A DNA stretch of 64,000 nucleotides. Origin: Saprospiraceae bacterium (GTDB lineage Bacteria; Bacteroidota; Bacteroidia; Chitinophagales; Saprospiraceae). Location of the stretch: NCBI GenBank assembly GCA_020630775.1, contig JAHDIN010000002.1, positions 108,607 to 172,606 of the forward strand, in the 5' to 3' direction. Made by a program: the position numbers and the translations under genes. Under the pieces are notes generated by a model, which worked only from the letters and a program-made list of their open reading frames with translations, did no database searches and was not told where the DNA came from. Below are positions 18,778-29,192 of the stretch, one piece after another (position 1 is the first letter of the stretch; every line of letters starts with the position of its first letter).

Positions 18778-19951
18778 CTGTTTCTTCGATTTGGCTTGTT
18801 TCTATAAGACTATTTTCACTCAATTGTTTTCCACCTTTGACAACGATTTCATCTCCTGCTTCAATGCCACTTGATATGATGACTTCGCCATCAGATGATT
18901 CTCCTAAAACGACATATGTCTTCTTGCTTAATTTTTTACCATTCTCAGTTGTTGCTTTATAGATGAACTTTTCTCCTGTTACTTCTTCTTGAATGACATC
19001 AAGGGGGACATATAAGGCATTGCTTTGATTGAAGTCGTTAATTTGAACAAGCGCTAGAAGGTTGGGCTTTAATTTCCCTCTTTGACTATCAGTGTCTATT
19101 TCAATTTTAAATGTTCTGTTTGAAGGATCTATGCTTCTTCCAATCATTGAAATTCTTTTACGCATTTCAAGATCCAATGCAGGTAATTTTACATCCACAA
19201 AATCTCCTTTTTTGACAGATCCTAAAAGATCTTCTTGTAGGTCTGCGACTATCTTTACTTTTGATGTATTCAGGATTTGAACAATAGGCATGCCTGGACT
19301 TGCTATCTCACCTTGTTTAAGAAATTCTCTGTCTACAACACCTGATATGGGTGCATAAACATTTTTCTTTTTCATCTGACTATTTAAAGTCTCAAGTGAT
19401 TTTTCAAGTTGCTCTTTCTGACTTTTGGCTTGCAAGTATTGTAATTCTGAACCTATATTTTGATCCCATAATCTTTTCTGCCTTTCAAATACCGTTGTAG
19501 CAAGATTAAGTGATGTCAATATTTCATCTTTTTGCTTTTCTAAAGTTTCCATGTCTGTTACAGCAATCAAGCTGCCTTTTTGAACATATTGGCCTTCTTT
19601 GACATTGAGTTGTAGAATTCTTCCACCAATATCACTTGAAGCACTTACTATATCTTCAGCAACTACTTGCGCTTCAACTTCTTTAAACCTCTTAAATTCT
19701 TTGGGCTGTACAATCATAGATAAGACTTGAGTAGCAGGCTTTTCTTTTGGGGGATCAAGCTTATGTATTTCCTTTGTTAGGTTATCTATAGTTTTTTGTA
19801 ATTCTTTTAGCTCAGATTTTTTTGAAGCTAAATACTTCTTCTTGCCTTCCAAATCTTCAGGAATGGCTCCTCCATTACTTCCTGATTGGCAGGCCATAAT
19901 TAGAGTAGTAATGATTATTCCAGTTAATATAAATATGCGGTTCATCAGCAT
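18770..19951 (-). CDS. RND efflux periplasmic adaptor lipoprotein
   Basis: Lipoprotein signal (LIMACQSG), a coiled-coil hairpin and barrel domains. It overlaps the pump start by 8 nt. Confidence 0.85.
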   Translation of the reverse strand: MLMNRIFILTGIIITTLIMACQSGSNGGAIPEDLEGKKKYLASKKSELKELQKTIDNLTKEIHKLDPPKEKPATQVLSMIVQPKEFKRFKEVEAQVVAEDIVSASSDIGGRILQLNVKEGQYVQKGSLIAVTDMETLEKQKDEILTSLNLATTVFERQKRLWDQNIGSELQYLQAKSQKEQLEKSLETLNSQMKKKNVYAPISGVVDREFLKQGEIASPGMPIVQILNTSKVKIVADLQEDLLGSVKKGDFVDVKLPALDLEMRKRISMIGRSIDPSNRTFKIEIDTDSQRGKLKPNLLALVQINDFNQSNALYVPLDVIQEEVTGEKFIYKATTENGKKLSKKTYVVLGESSDGEVIISSGIEAGDEIVVKGGKQLSENSLIETSQIEETDE

Positions 19952-20017
19952 TTAATTTTATTGTAGAGGATTGAATGTAATATAAATGTTAGTTGTCGTT
20001 ATTTAAGTAAAATTGCT

Positions 20018-21394
20018 CTATAGCGTTCCTAAAGCAATGTCTAAATCTGTTCTTGATATTATCAAATCGTAAAGTGCATTGATATAATCAGATTGCGCTT
20101 GAGTCAACTCGGTTTCTGCTTGGATAACTTCGATACTAGAGCCGACACCTTCTTTGAATTTGATTCTAGTTTTGTCGTATATGTCTTCTGTTATTTTAAG
20201 AATGTTTTCTCTTGATGCTAATGTTCTTTTGGCATTGATGAGATTTAATTTGGCTGTTCTTACTTGTAAGTCAACGGCTCTTTCAAACTCATTTTTCTGA
20301 ATTTCGATTCTGTCTAATTCTATCTCTGCCTGTTTGATTTGACCTTTTTTCATATTGCCATCATAGATGGGTACGCTTATTCCTAGGCTAACTGAAGCTT
20401 GAGGAATCCATCCAGCTTCGTTATTATCGAAAAGGTTGTCTCTCTGTAATGACTCATTTAGATTAGCACTCGCCCTCACGGTAGGTAAATAAGCCTTCTG
20501 TAATCTTTCAACGTTCAATTTGTTTAACTCATAGCCTAAATCAATCTGTGAATACTCGGCTCTTGAGTCATAATTAATATCATCATTAAGATCAACTGAG
20601 GCAACATTTGTAAGATCGATGATCGTTTCTAAGTTTTCACTTAAACTAATTTCTTCATTTAAAGGGTAGGACATTTGGAATTTTAAAAGGTCATAACTCA
20701 AGGTTATTAACTGATCTATGTTTTCGAATTGGGTTGTAACATTGTCTAATGATGCTTGAAGTCTGGCAACATCTAATTGCTCCATAAATCCTGACTCGTA
20801 ACTGGCCGTAGCTTCAATGAGTGAACGGTCAAGATTCTTTATGTTTTTCTCAAGCATGCCTTTGTTTCTTTGTGCTATGAGAATATTCATATATGCTTTT
20901 GTTACATTGGCCTTTATTTCCTGCTCTTTAACATCTTTTGATTTTCTGCTTAGATCAGTAAACATCCGAGCAGCCTTCAATCCTTTTAAGTACGCACCAT
21001 CGAATAGAGTGACTGAAGCATTTATGTTAGCGCTAAGATTGTTTTTTAGGAAAAATGAAAATTCGTTGACTGAAGGCGGACCTTGAAATTGTCCTACCCC
21101 TTCAACACCTTCGTCATTGAGTACTTGATAAATGGCAGGTGTTACAAAATCTTGCACAAGGTTAACAGGTCTAGCAATGTAGTATTGGTAGTTGACGCCA
21201 CCATCAACTTTCGGCATCCCAATGGATTTGTACTCAGTGACTTGAGCTTCAGCATCTTCGACTTCAAGTTCAGCTAATCTAATATCATTGCTGTTTTGTA
21301 AAGCATAAGCAATAGCTTCTTGTAAGCTGAAGTTTTGTTGCCCAAATGTTAGTAAGGACATACAAAAAAGCACAAGGGTTAAAATTGATCTCAT
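20018..21394 (-). CDS. TolC-family outer membrane efflux protein
   Basis: 458 aa with a signal peptide and TolC-like tandem repeats. It is the first structural gene of the RND operon. Confidence 0.85.
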   Translation of the reverse strand: MRSILTLVLFCMSLLTFGQQNFSLQEAIAYALQNSNDIRLAELEVEDAEAQVTEYKSIGMPKVDGGVNYQYYIARPVNLVQDFVTPAIYQVLNDEGVEGVGQFQGPPSVNEFSFFLKNNLSANINASVTLFDGAYLKGLKAARMFTDLSRKSKDVKEQEIKANVTKAYMNILIAQRNKGMLEKNIKNLDRSLIEATASYESGFMEQLDVARLQASLDNVTTQFENIDQLITLSYDLLKFQMSYPLNEEISLSENLETIIDLTNVASVDLNDDINYDSRAEYSQIDLGYELNKLNVERLQKAYLPTVRASANLNESLQRDNLFDNNEAGWIPQASVSLGISVPIYDGNMKKGQIKQAEIELDRIEIQKNEFERAVDLQVRTAKLNLINAKRTLASRENILKITEDIYDKTRIKFKEGVGSSIEVIQAETELTQAQSDYINALYDLIISRTDLDIALGTL

Positions 21395-21401
21395 TCAAAT
21401 A

Positions 21402-22001
21402 TTATTTTAAGTATTTTTTTAAATCCTTTTTTCCTTTCGAGTTAACGATACCATTTAAATGATAAACTATAAACTCCTGATAAATTTCACTAAGTGGAAT
21501 TCTGTTTGATTCAACCATGTCTTGGTCAATTATCAATTTGGCTGTATTGAGATATAATTGTGAGACTATAGTCGGATTGATTTCTTCCCTATAGTATCCT
21601 TCTTTAATACCTCTAGCTAGATTCTTTTTTATTGTTTCCTCTACAAATTTGAAATGTTGTAATTCGATTTTTTTCCAAATCGCAGGATGATACTTCTTTA
21701 AATCGAAAGTCAATTTGGGTTTCATCTTTTTTAATGACTCTGATACATAGGCTGCTATGGTAGTCATTTCTTGAAGCGCATTGTCTGAATTTTTTACGAT
21801 GGTGTTGACCGCGTTCCTTTCATCCTTAATCATACAATCTACGACCTTGCCCACAAGATCTTTCTTGTTTTCGACATGATCGTAAATGGTTTTCTTGGAT
21901 ATACCTAGAAGCCTTGCAATATCATCCATACTTACACTCTTGAAGCCATACTTCATGAACATATTCGTAGCGGATTCTATTAGTGTTTGCTTGATTGCCA
22001 T
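21402..22001 (-). CDS. TetR/AcrR family transcriptional regulator
   Basis: HTH FMKYGFKSVSMDDIARLLGISKKTIYDHVENKKDLV. It heads the efflux operon. Confidence 0.85.
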   Translation of the reverse strand: MAIKQTLIESATNMFMKYGFKSVSMDDIARLLGISKKTIYDHVENKKDLVGKVVDCMIKDERNAVNTIVKNSDNALQEMTTIAAYVSESLKKMKPKLTFDLKKYHPAIWKKIELQHFKFVEETIKKNLARGIKEGYYREEINPTIVSQLYLNTAKLIIDQDMVESNRIPLSEIYQEFIVYHLNGIVNSKGKKDLKKYLK

Positions 22002-22191
22002 ATTTGATAATTCAAACTAAAAACCTAGGAAACTCAAAAATGTTTAATAGTTTCCAAAGTTTTTCATTTTTTTCGATGAAAGTCAAGTTTATCTAGCTAA
22101 GATCTTTTGAACTGTAGAATTAAGTCATTGAGCTGTTGTTTTTATCCTTCGTAATAGCCGAAAAGATTCTCAAAAGAACTATAATTGTCTC

Positions 22192-23244
22192 ATGATCTGT
22201 CTAGGAATAATGTCTGGAAGTTCTTTAGATGGCCTAGATATGGCCATGGTGGAATTCCTCTCAAGCGAACAGCTAGATTGGAAACTATTGAATTCTCATA
22301 CCTTTCCATTGTCAAACGAATTAAAATCTGATTTGAGATCAGTAGTTAATGCAAACATTGGTGAGTTGCTCAAAACTCAGAATGTATTTACACAGTTTGT
22401 TTCTCAATCAATAGATACTTTCATTAATGCATCAAGTATCCCTGAAGTTTGTGGCATTCATGGTCATACTATTGTCCATTCTTTATCGGAAAACTATTCT
22501 TGGCAGATGGTAAATGCAGGATACATATCTTCAAAGAATCAAATTAATGTAGTTGCTGATTTTAGAAATCAAGATATTGCCTTAGGCGGTCAGGGTGCTC
22601 CCATGGCCGTCATTGCTGATAGAGATCTCTTTACAGGCTATAAGTATTATATTAATCTAGGTGGTATAGCTAACATAAGCTATATGAGAGGTAATCAATG
22701 GTATGCATATGATGTCTGTCCATTTAATCAAGTGCTTAATTACTTTGCCAACAAATTAGGTCTCGAATATGACGAGAATGGTCAAATTGCATCTAAAGGT
22801 CAACTCAATCAGGAACTTCTAAAACGATTATGGCGAATGGATTATAATTCAAAGTCGATTCCTAAATCTTTGGATAATCAAGAAGTTAAGAAGAAATGGA
22901 TTGACTTAATAGAAAGTTTTAATTTGGGTCCTTCAGATTGTTTAAGAACATTTATAGCTTTCGCTGCACAATTAATTCACCAGCAAGTGGCGCAAGACTT
23001 CGGCAATATATTTATTACTGGAGGTGGTGCATATAATCAGTTTTTTATACAGCAACTTGAACAATTAGGATTGGAAGTTGTCGTACCTAGTGAGGCTATT
23101 ATTGAATACAAAGAAGCCGTCCTTATGGCATATATGGCATATCTACGCATAAGCAACCAAGTAAATTTTATTAATCATGCTTCAGGTAGCTCACAAGCAT
23201 CTATTAGTGGGGCATTGTACTTAAAACCTCACACTAATGCCTAG
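22192..23244 (+). CDS. anmK: Anhydro-N-acetylmuramic acid kinase
   Basis: N-terminal GIMSGSSLDGLD motif, the typical ~350-aa length and GGGAYN near the C-terminus. Confidence 0.85.
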   Translation: MICLGIMSGSSLDGLDMAMVEFLSSEQLDWKLLNSHTFPLSNELKSDLRSVVNANIGELLKTQNVFTQFVSQSIDTFINASSIPEVCGIHGHTIVHSLSENYSWQMVNAGYISSKNQINVVADFRNQDIALGGQGAPMAVIADRDLFTGYKYYINLGGIANISYMRGNQWYAYDVCPFNQVLNYFANKLGLEYDENGQIASKGQLNQELLKRLWRMDYNSKSIPKSLDNQEVKKKWIDLIESFNLGPSDCLRTFIAFAAQLIHQQVAQDFGNIFITGGGAYNQFFIQQLEQLGLEVVVPSEAIIEYKEAVLMAYMAYLRISNQVNFINHASGSSQASISGALYLKPHTNA

Positions 23245-24253
23245 AGTATTTTTAACAGGTGCTACAGGGTTTATAGGTTCATATATAGCTAAAATACTAG
23301 TCCAAAGAGGTTTTCATGTGCTCGCATTGAAAAGAAAAAAATCATCTTTAGCCTTATTGGAAGAAGCCGCTGACAGAATTGAATGGATCAATGCTTCTAT
23401 TTTTGATTTTCAGACGCTTCTTAATATCAATAAGGAAACCGACTATATCATACATAGTGCTGGAAAAATTTCAATGGCATCATCCGATGAAAAAAATATG
23501 TTTGATGTCAACGCCAAGGCCACTGCTAATTTGGTAAATATTGCTTTAGACTGTAACATTAAAAAATTTGTTCACATCAGTTCTATTGCCGCTTTAGGTA
23601 AAAATGACAAGGCATTTCCGATAAACGAAATCGCCCATTGGGAAGCTAATGACTTTAGTACAAAATATGGCGAATCGAAAATGCATGGCGAAATGGAAGT
23701 GTGGCGTGGCATGGCTGAAGGTATGAGTGGGATTGTTTTTAATCCTTCTTTAGTCATTGGAGGTGGATTTTGGAATAGGGCTGGATCTTGTGCGGTAATT
23801 AAAGAATTTGCAAAAGGAAGAAAATTTTACCCTACTGGAGGAACAGGGGTGGTAGATGTGAGAGATGTTGCTAAGGTTATTGTAGACAGTCTAGATTCGT
23901 CTATAACTCAAGAGCGTTTTATTTTAAGTAGCGAAAATATAAGCTTCAAAAAGATGATGACTGATATTAGCCAGTATTTTAATAAGCCAGCGCCAAAGAC
24001 TCCAATTGATGGTTTAATAAAATCCCTCGCTCCAGCTATGGATGCTGTTAAGTCTTTTATAAATGGCGCTCCAAGAGCCATTACCAAACAATCAATAACA
24101 AATTATTCGCAACAATTTAATTTCGATAATTCCAAATCTATTAAGACTTTTGACATATCATATCGCAATTGGTCAGAAATGTATCAAGATGCGTGTCAAG
24201 CCTACAAAAAATCTATTGAAAATCGATCCAATTACGGACTTGTCCGGTTTTAA
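23237..24253 (+). CDS. NAD-dependent epimerase/dehydratase family (extended SDR) protein
   Basis: GATGFIGS Rossmann motif and YGESK (YxxxK) catalytic motif. Confidence 0.75.
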   Translation: MPRVFLTGATGFIGSYIAKILVQRGFHVLALKRKKSSLALLEEAADRIEWINASIFDFQTLLNINKETDYIIHSAGKISMASSDEKNMFDVNAKATANLVNIALDCNIKKFVHISSIAALGKNDKAFPINEIAHWEANDFSTKYGESKMHGEMEVWRGMAEGMSGIVFNPSLVIGGGFWNRAGSCAVIKEFAKGRKFYPTGGTGVVDVRDVAKVIVDSLDSSITQERFILSSENISFKKMMTDISQYFNKPAPKTPIDGLIKSLAPAMDAVKSFINGAPRAITKQSITNYSQQFNFDNSKSIKTFDISYRNWSEMYQDACQAYKKSIENRSNYGLVRF

Positions 24254-24280
24254 ATTTTAAACTAGAAATAACAAGGATTG

Positions 24281-25810
24281 ATGGGGTACCAGCTCATCTT
24301 ATTATTTATTACATTTTTCTTTTCACTGAGCTTTGAAACTTTCGCTCAGTGCACAAGAGATGTAGAAGTTGTAATAACAAGTATAAATTTTCGAAATGGA
24401 TGCGATTTCAATGAAGGTAATGGCTTGGATGCAGTATTAGAGATCAGAGATGTTTTTGGAGGCGACGTTTATCTAAGTGAGTTCGAAAACCTCAATCAAG
24501 TTACCGGACCTATCGACAGTTTTAAAATTGATTTAAATATTAATCCAAATTCTTGCGGCAATCAGATGTTATCTTTTCAGCTAGGTCAATTTCCTGCTGA
24601 TCAAGAAAGTCAGGAATATAATGTCGACATCTTTGATCGAGATAATATATTTCCTTGCAGTCCTTATTTTGGCTTATTCGATGACGATTTAGGTAGAGGC
24701 GTCCATACGTTTAATTTCATGGAGAGTAACGGTACTATAGACGTTGGTTCTTGTATGAGCTTTAATTATGATTTGATTTCTACAGTAAGTGGTGTTGTGT
24801 TGAATAATGAGTTGGTGACAATTTGTAGGCAAGATTCGATTGAAATTAATGGAGAATTTTATAATATAAATAGGAGAGAGGGTAGAGATACATTATTAGG
24901 TCAGTCTTTATATGGCTGTGATTCGGTTATCAATGTAAGATTAGATTTTTATCCGCAATCTAATTATGAAGTATTTGCTCCGTCAGAATTATGTCCTGGT
25001 GAGACTTCTCAAATTTTTATTGAAGGCGATTTTACAGACTATGAATGGCAGGATGGTTCTACAATAAACCCAATTGAAATTGACTCTGGAGGACTTTATA
25101 ATTGTCTTTTGACTGATGTTAATGGATGTACGGAATTTGTAACTATTGAAGTCGAAAATATAATACCAGTACCTGTTCAAATTATTGGAGACAGTATTTT
25201 TTGTGCAGGTTCTGAATCTCAATTAAGTATAGACACAAGTCTTTTTATAAGCTATATGTGGTCCGATGGTACCGATGATTTTAGTTTTTTTTCAAATGCT
25301 TCAGGAGCATATGCGATAACTACCGTAGATAACAATAATTGCACGCAATCAACTGAGTTTAGTATAGAAGAGCTTCCTAGAGATACTGTTTTAACTGAAA
25401 ATTTAATTTGTGATATTAACCAAATTGGTATAGTTGATTCAGTCGGTCAAATTGATGGTTGCGAAGTTATATTTCTAGTTGAGAATATCTTGGCTCCTGA
25501 TTCTATTTGTTCCCAATCCATTGATAATGCTCAGTTTTATATACCCAATGTATTTACACCGAGCGCTTTTGATGAAAATTCGATTTTTAAGTTATTTAAA
25601 TCTTCAGGAATATTAGTTCTTGAAATGCGCATATATGATAGATGGGGTAACGAAATTTATCAAGATAAAACCTCAGATCCTGAATGGAATGGTTACCTTA
25701 AATCGACTGGATTGTTAGCTGATCCAGGTGTCTATACAGCCTATTTTGAAATTAAATTTGAGAATGGATTGAACCAAGTGATAACAAAGATGTTTAGTCT
25801 CTTGAATTAA
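24281..25810 (+). CDS. T9SS type B (gliding motility-associated) C-terminal domain protein
   Basis: Signal peptide and Cys-rich modules. The C-terminus (YIPNVFTPSAFDENSIFKLF...IYDRWGNEIY...GVYTAYFEI) matches the type B sorting domain. ATG 24281 is preferred over TTG 24278. Confidence 0.75.
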   Translation: MGYQLILLFITFFFSLSFETFAQCTRDVEVVITSINFRNGCDFNEGNGLDAVLEIRDVFGGDVYLSEFENLNQVTGPIDSFKIDLNINPNSCGNQMLSFQLGQFPADQESQEYNVDIFDRDNIFPCSPYFGLFDDDLGRGVHTFNFMESNGTIDVGSCMSFNYDLISTVSGVVLNNELVTICRQDSIEINGEFYNINRREGRDTLLGQSLYGCDSVINVRLDFYPQSNYEVFAPSELCPGETSQIFIEGDFTDYEWQDGSTINPIEIDSGGLYNCLLTDVNGCTEFVTIEVENIIPVPVQIIGDSIFCAGSESQLSIDTSLFISYMWSDGTDDFSFFSNASGAYAITTVDNNNCTQSTEFSIEELPRDTVLTENLICDINQIGIVDSVGQIDGCEVIFLVENILAPDSICSQSIDNAQFYIPNVFTPSAFDENSIFKLFKSSGILVLEMRIYDRWGNEIYQDKTSDPEWNGYLKSTGLLADPGVYTAYFEIKFENGLNQVITKMFSLLN

Positions 25811-25860
25811 GAAATAGAAAATTTTCATTCTTTAATTTGCATTATAGAAAATCTTAGATA

Positions 25861-25868
25861 TATATTTG
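25861..25868 (+). promoter_or_regulatory. Bacteroidota-type -7 promoter box (TATATTTG) for the his leader
   Basis: Exact TAnnTTTG match 11 nt upstream of the leader-peptide ATG. Confidence 0.3.
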
Positions 25869-25878
25869 ATCTATAATT

Positions 25879-25932
25879 ATGAACTACAAAAATTTACATC
25901 ATCATTTTCATTTTTGCCCACAGGCGATGTGA
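25879..25932 (+). CDS. his operon leader peptide (17 aa, MNYKNLHHHFHFCPQAM)
   Basis: The short ORF has four CAT His codons within five consecutive codons. It lies between a -7 box and an intrinsic terminator, directly upstream of hisG. Confidence 0.5.
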   Translation: MNYKNLHHHFHFCPQAM

Positions 25933-25961
25933 ATGTGATATGTAATAATTAAAATATCTAA

Positions 25962-25998
25962 AGCACCGTCTGAGTATATCGGACGGTGCTTTTTCTTT
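25962..25998 (+). terminator. Intrinsic terminator (attenuator) upstream of hisG
   Basis: AGCACCGTC (25962-25970) pairs perfectly with GACGGTGCT (25982-25990) around an 11-nt loop, followed by TTTTCTTT. It ends 14 nt before the first hisG ATG. Confidence 0.6.
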
Positions 25999-26011
25999 CC
26001 ACTATACTCAG

Positions 26012-26881
26012 ATGTTAAACAATTTGAGTATGATTAGATTAGCTATTCAAAAGAGTGGAAGACTACATGAAAAGTCTCTTTCCCTATTACGTGATTGTGG
26101 GATTGATGTCCAAAATGGACGAGACAAATTAAAGGTCGAGGTTTCAAATTTCCCAATAGAAATTTTATATCTGAGAAATTCAGACATTCCTCAATATATT
26201 GAAGACGGTGTAGCTGATATTGGTATTATAGGTGAGAATTTAGTTTATGAAAAATCTGATAATCTTGAGATTATCAAGCGATTAGGATTCTCAAAGTGTA
26301 GGGTTTCCCTCGCGATTCCTAAGGAGGCTTCGGTAGACTCATTATCGTATTTCAATTCTAAAAAAATTGCAACCTCTTATCCGAATACCCTTCGCCGATT
26401 CCTTTCAGAAAATAACATTACCGCCGATATACACCACATTTCAGGATCTGTAGAAATAGCTCCAAATATTGGATTAGCAGATGGCATTTGCGATATCGTT
26501 AGCACTGGAAATACCTTATATCAAAATGGACTGCGTGAGTATGAAGTGATCCTTCAATCTGAGGCTGTATTGGTAAAAGCACCTACTCTCGAATCTTATA
26601 AGGCAGATATTTTGGAGGCTTTTTTATTTAGAATACAAGCCATTCTTAATGCAAAAAACAAAAAGTATGTTTTGATGAATGTACCCAATGTAAAGATTCA
26701 AGATGTCTCTGAAATTCTACCAGTACTGAAGAGTCCTACAATCATGCCTTTAGCAAAAGACGGTTGGAGTTCCTTGCATTCTGTTATCAATGAAAACAAA
26801 TTCTGGGAAGTCATTGGCGAATTGAAAGACGCTGGTGCAGAGGATATCTTAATTATCCCAATTGATAAAATGGTAGCCTAA
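26012..26881 (+). CDS. hisG: ATP phosphoribosyltransferase (long form)
   Basis: IRLAIQKSGRL N-terminus and ~285 aa including the C-terminal regulatory domain. It is the first gene of the his cluster. ATG 26030 is an alternative start. Confidence 0.9.
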   Translation: MLNNLSMIRLAIQKSGRLHEKSLSLLRDCGIDVQNGRDKLKVEVSNFPIEILYLRNSDIPQYIEDGVADIGIIGENLVYEKSDNLEIIKRLGFSKCRVSLAIPKEASVDSLSYFNSKKIATSYPNTLRRFLSENNITADIHHISGSVEIAPNIGLADGICDIVSTGNTLYQNGLREYEVILQSEAVLVKAPTLESYKADILEAFLFRIQAILNAKNKKYVLMNVPNVKIQDVSEILPVLKSPTIMPLAKDGWSSLHSVINENKFWEVIGELKDAGAEDILIIPIDKMVA

Positions 26882-28167
26882 TGAAAATTTATAATTTGCC
26901 AGGTAAAGACGCATGGGATCAACTATGCCAACGGCCAAGCATACAATCTGAAGATCTAAATATTGCCGTAAAAAATATACTTGATTCTGTCAAGTTGAAT
27001 GGTGACCGAGCATGCTTAGAATATACAAGTCAATTTGATAAGGTTAAGCTAGATACTATTGAAATAACTCGAACGGAAATAGAAGCTGGAGCTAAAAATG
27101 TTGACACGGCATTGAAAGATTCGATATGCTCAGCTTTTAATAATATAAAGTGCTTTCACAGTAGTCAGTATGAGAAACAAAAAATAATTGAGACTTCGAA
27201 AGGTGTGAAATGTTGGAGAAAATCTATTCCTATTGAGAAAGTAGGATTATATATTCCAGGAGGTACGGCTCCTTTGTTTTCTTCTTTATTGATGCTGGGT
27301 GTACCTGCCATGATAGCGGGATGCTCTGAGATTGTTGTTTGTACTCCACCTATGGCGAATGGGTTGATAAGTCCAGCTATACTTTTTACAGCAAACCTAT
27401 TAGGTCTGTCTAAGATCTGTAAAATAGGAGGCGCTCAAGCCATCGCAGCTATGGCATTTGGTACTGAAACCATCCCTCAAGTTTATAAAATATTTGGACC
27501 CGGTAATCAATATGTTACCAAAGCAAAGGAATTGATTCAATTAGAGGGTGTGGCTATAGATATGCTGGCTGGTCCTAGTGAGCTATTAGTCATTGCTGAT
27601 GATTACAGTGTTCCAAAGTATGTCGCAGCTGACTTATTATCACAAGCAGAACATGGTCCAGATAGTCAGGTAGTCTTATTAGCGACTTCAGTTGATCTTG
27701 TTGATAAAGTCCAAGTTGAGATTCAAAAACAAATACAGGATTTACCTAGAAAGGATATAGCTAGAATAGCACTTGATAATAGTTTTGCTGTTTGTTTAGA
27801 TAGTATTGAAAGTTGTATTGAATTCAGTAATTTCTATGCTCCAGAACATTTAATCCTAGCTATAGATGACGCTCAGAATTTTGTGGATCAGATTATTAAT
27901 GCCGGCTCAGTATTTTTAGGGAAATACAGTTGTGAATCTGCGGGTGATTATGCAAGCGGCACCAATCATACACTACCGACTAACGGAACAGCCAAAGCTT
28001 TTAGTGGCGTGTCGTTAGATAGTTTTTTTAAGAAAATAACTTTTCAGAATATCTCAAAAGAAGGACTTCAGCGTTTAGGTCCAACTATTGAAACAATGGC
28101 GGATGCTGAGCATCTTTTTGCTCATAAGAATGCTGTATCCATAAGACTAAAAGATATCAATAAATGA
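26881..28167 (+). CDS. hisD: Histidinol dehydrogenase
   Basis: 428 aa with the SQAEHGPDSQ motif. TAATG start/stop overlap with hisG. Confidence 0.9.
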   Translation: MKIYNLPGKDAWDQLCQRPSIQSEDLNIAVKNILDSVKLNGDRACLEYTSQFDKVKLDTIEITRTEIEAGAKNVDTALKDSICSAFNNIKCFHSSQYEKQKIIETSKGVKCWRKSIPIEKVGLYIPGGTAPLFSSLLMLGVPAMIAGCSEIVVCTPPMANGLISPAILFTANLLGLSKICKIGGAQAIAAMAFGTETIPQVYKIFGPGNQYVTKAKELIQLEGVAIDMLAGPSELLVIADDYSVPKYVAADLLSQAEHGPDSQVVLLATSVDLVDKVQVEIQKQIQDLPRKDIARIALDNSFAVCLDSIESCIEFSNFYAPEHLILAIDDAQNFVDQIINAGSVFLGKYSCESAGDYASGTNHTLPTNGTAKAFSGVSLDSFFKKITFQNISKEGLQRLGPTIETMADAEHLFAHKNAVSIRLKDINK

Positions 28168-29192
28168 AACAATTTGAAAAACTAGTTAGGCCAAATATTT
28201 TGACCTTACAACCGTACAGGTCAGCACGTGAGGAATGTCAGCTTACGCAAGGAGTTTTCTTAGATGCCAATGAAAATCCATATGGTAGCTTGAATAGATA
28301 TCCTGATCCATATCAAAATGCTCTTAAGGAAATACTTTCTCAGCAAAAGCTTATTGCTAAAGAAAATATTTTTATTGGAAATGGAAGTGATGAGATTATT
28401 GATTTATTGATAAGGCTTTTTTGTAGGCCAGGAGAAGATAGGATATTGTCATTTTCTCCTTCCTATGGAATGTATAAAGTGTGTGCAGATATTAATGCAG
28501 TTCAATTTGATGAAATCTCTCTTAATGCTGCTTTCGATATTGATGAAGTAAAGGTGTTGTCTAGATTAACCAATGGTAATTATAAAATACTTTTCATATG
28601 CAGTCCGAATAATCCTACAGGTAATCTATTAAATACAGATGCTATACTATCAATTTTAAGAGCATTTGGAGGTGTTGTTGTTATTGATGAAGCTTACATT
28701 GATTTTAGTCGGGGAGAATCTTGGGTTAGGCAGATCGAGGCTTTTAATAATTTGGTTGTTCTCCAAACATTAAGCAAATCTAGGGGCTTGGCGTCAGCTA
28801 GAATTGGTATCGCTTATGGTGCTTCCTGGATCATCAAGTATCTAAATAATATAAAGCCACCTTATAATGTAAGTCAGCTTAATCAAGATGCTGCTATAAA
28901 AGTATTGTCTAATAATGAAGCTTATGATTTTAATACCCAATTGATTCAAAACGAAAAAGATCGTTTAGTAGCTGACTTGCGTATATTAAAATGCGTTAAT
29001 AAAATTTATCCTTCAGATGCTAATTTCTTTTTAGTTGAATTTGGTAATGCTAACGATACTTATAATTATTTACTTTCAAAAGGAATAGTTGTAAGAAATA
29101 GACATACTCAATTCTCGAACTGTCTAAGAATATCTATAGGTAGTAAAGAAGAAAATGATAAACTAGTTAACGCTCTAAAGTCAATGGTATGA
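28164..29192 (+). CDS. hisC: Histidinol-phosphate aminotransferase
   Basis: SPNNPTGN motif and the PLP-lysine motif [12 protein letters not shown]. 4-nt overlap with hisD. Confidence 0.9.
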   Translation: MKQFEKLVRPNILTLQPYRSAREECQLTQGVFLDANENPYGSLNRYPDPYQNALKEILSQQKLIAKENIFIGNGSDEIIDLLIRLFCRPGEDRILSFSPSYGMYKVCADINAVQFDEISLNAAFDIDEVKVLSRLTNGNYKILFICSPNNPTGNLLNTDAILSILRAFGGVVVIDEAYIDFSRGESWVRQIEAFNNLVVLQTLSKSRGLASARIGIAYGASWIIKYLNNIKPPYNVSQLNQDAAIKVLSNNEAYDFNTQLIQNEKDRLVADLRILKCVNKIYPSDANFFLVEFGNANDTYNYLLSKGIVVRNRHTQFSNCLRISIGSKEENDKLVNALKSMV

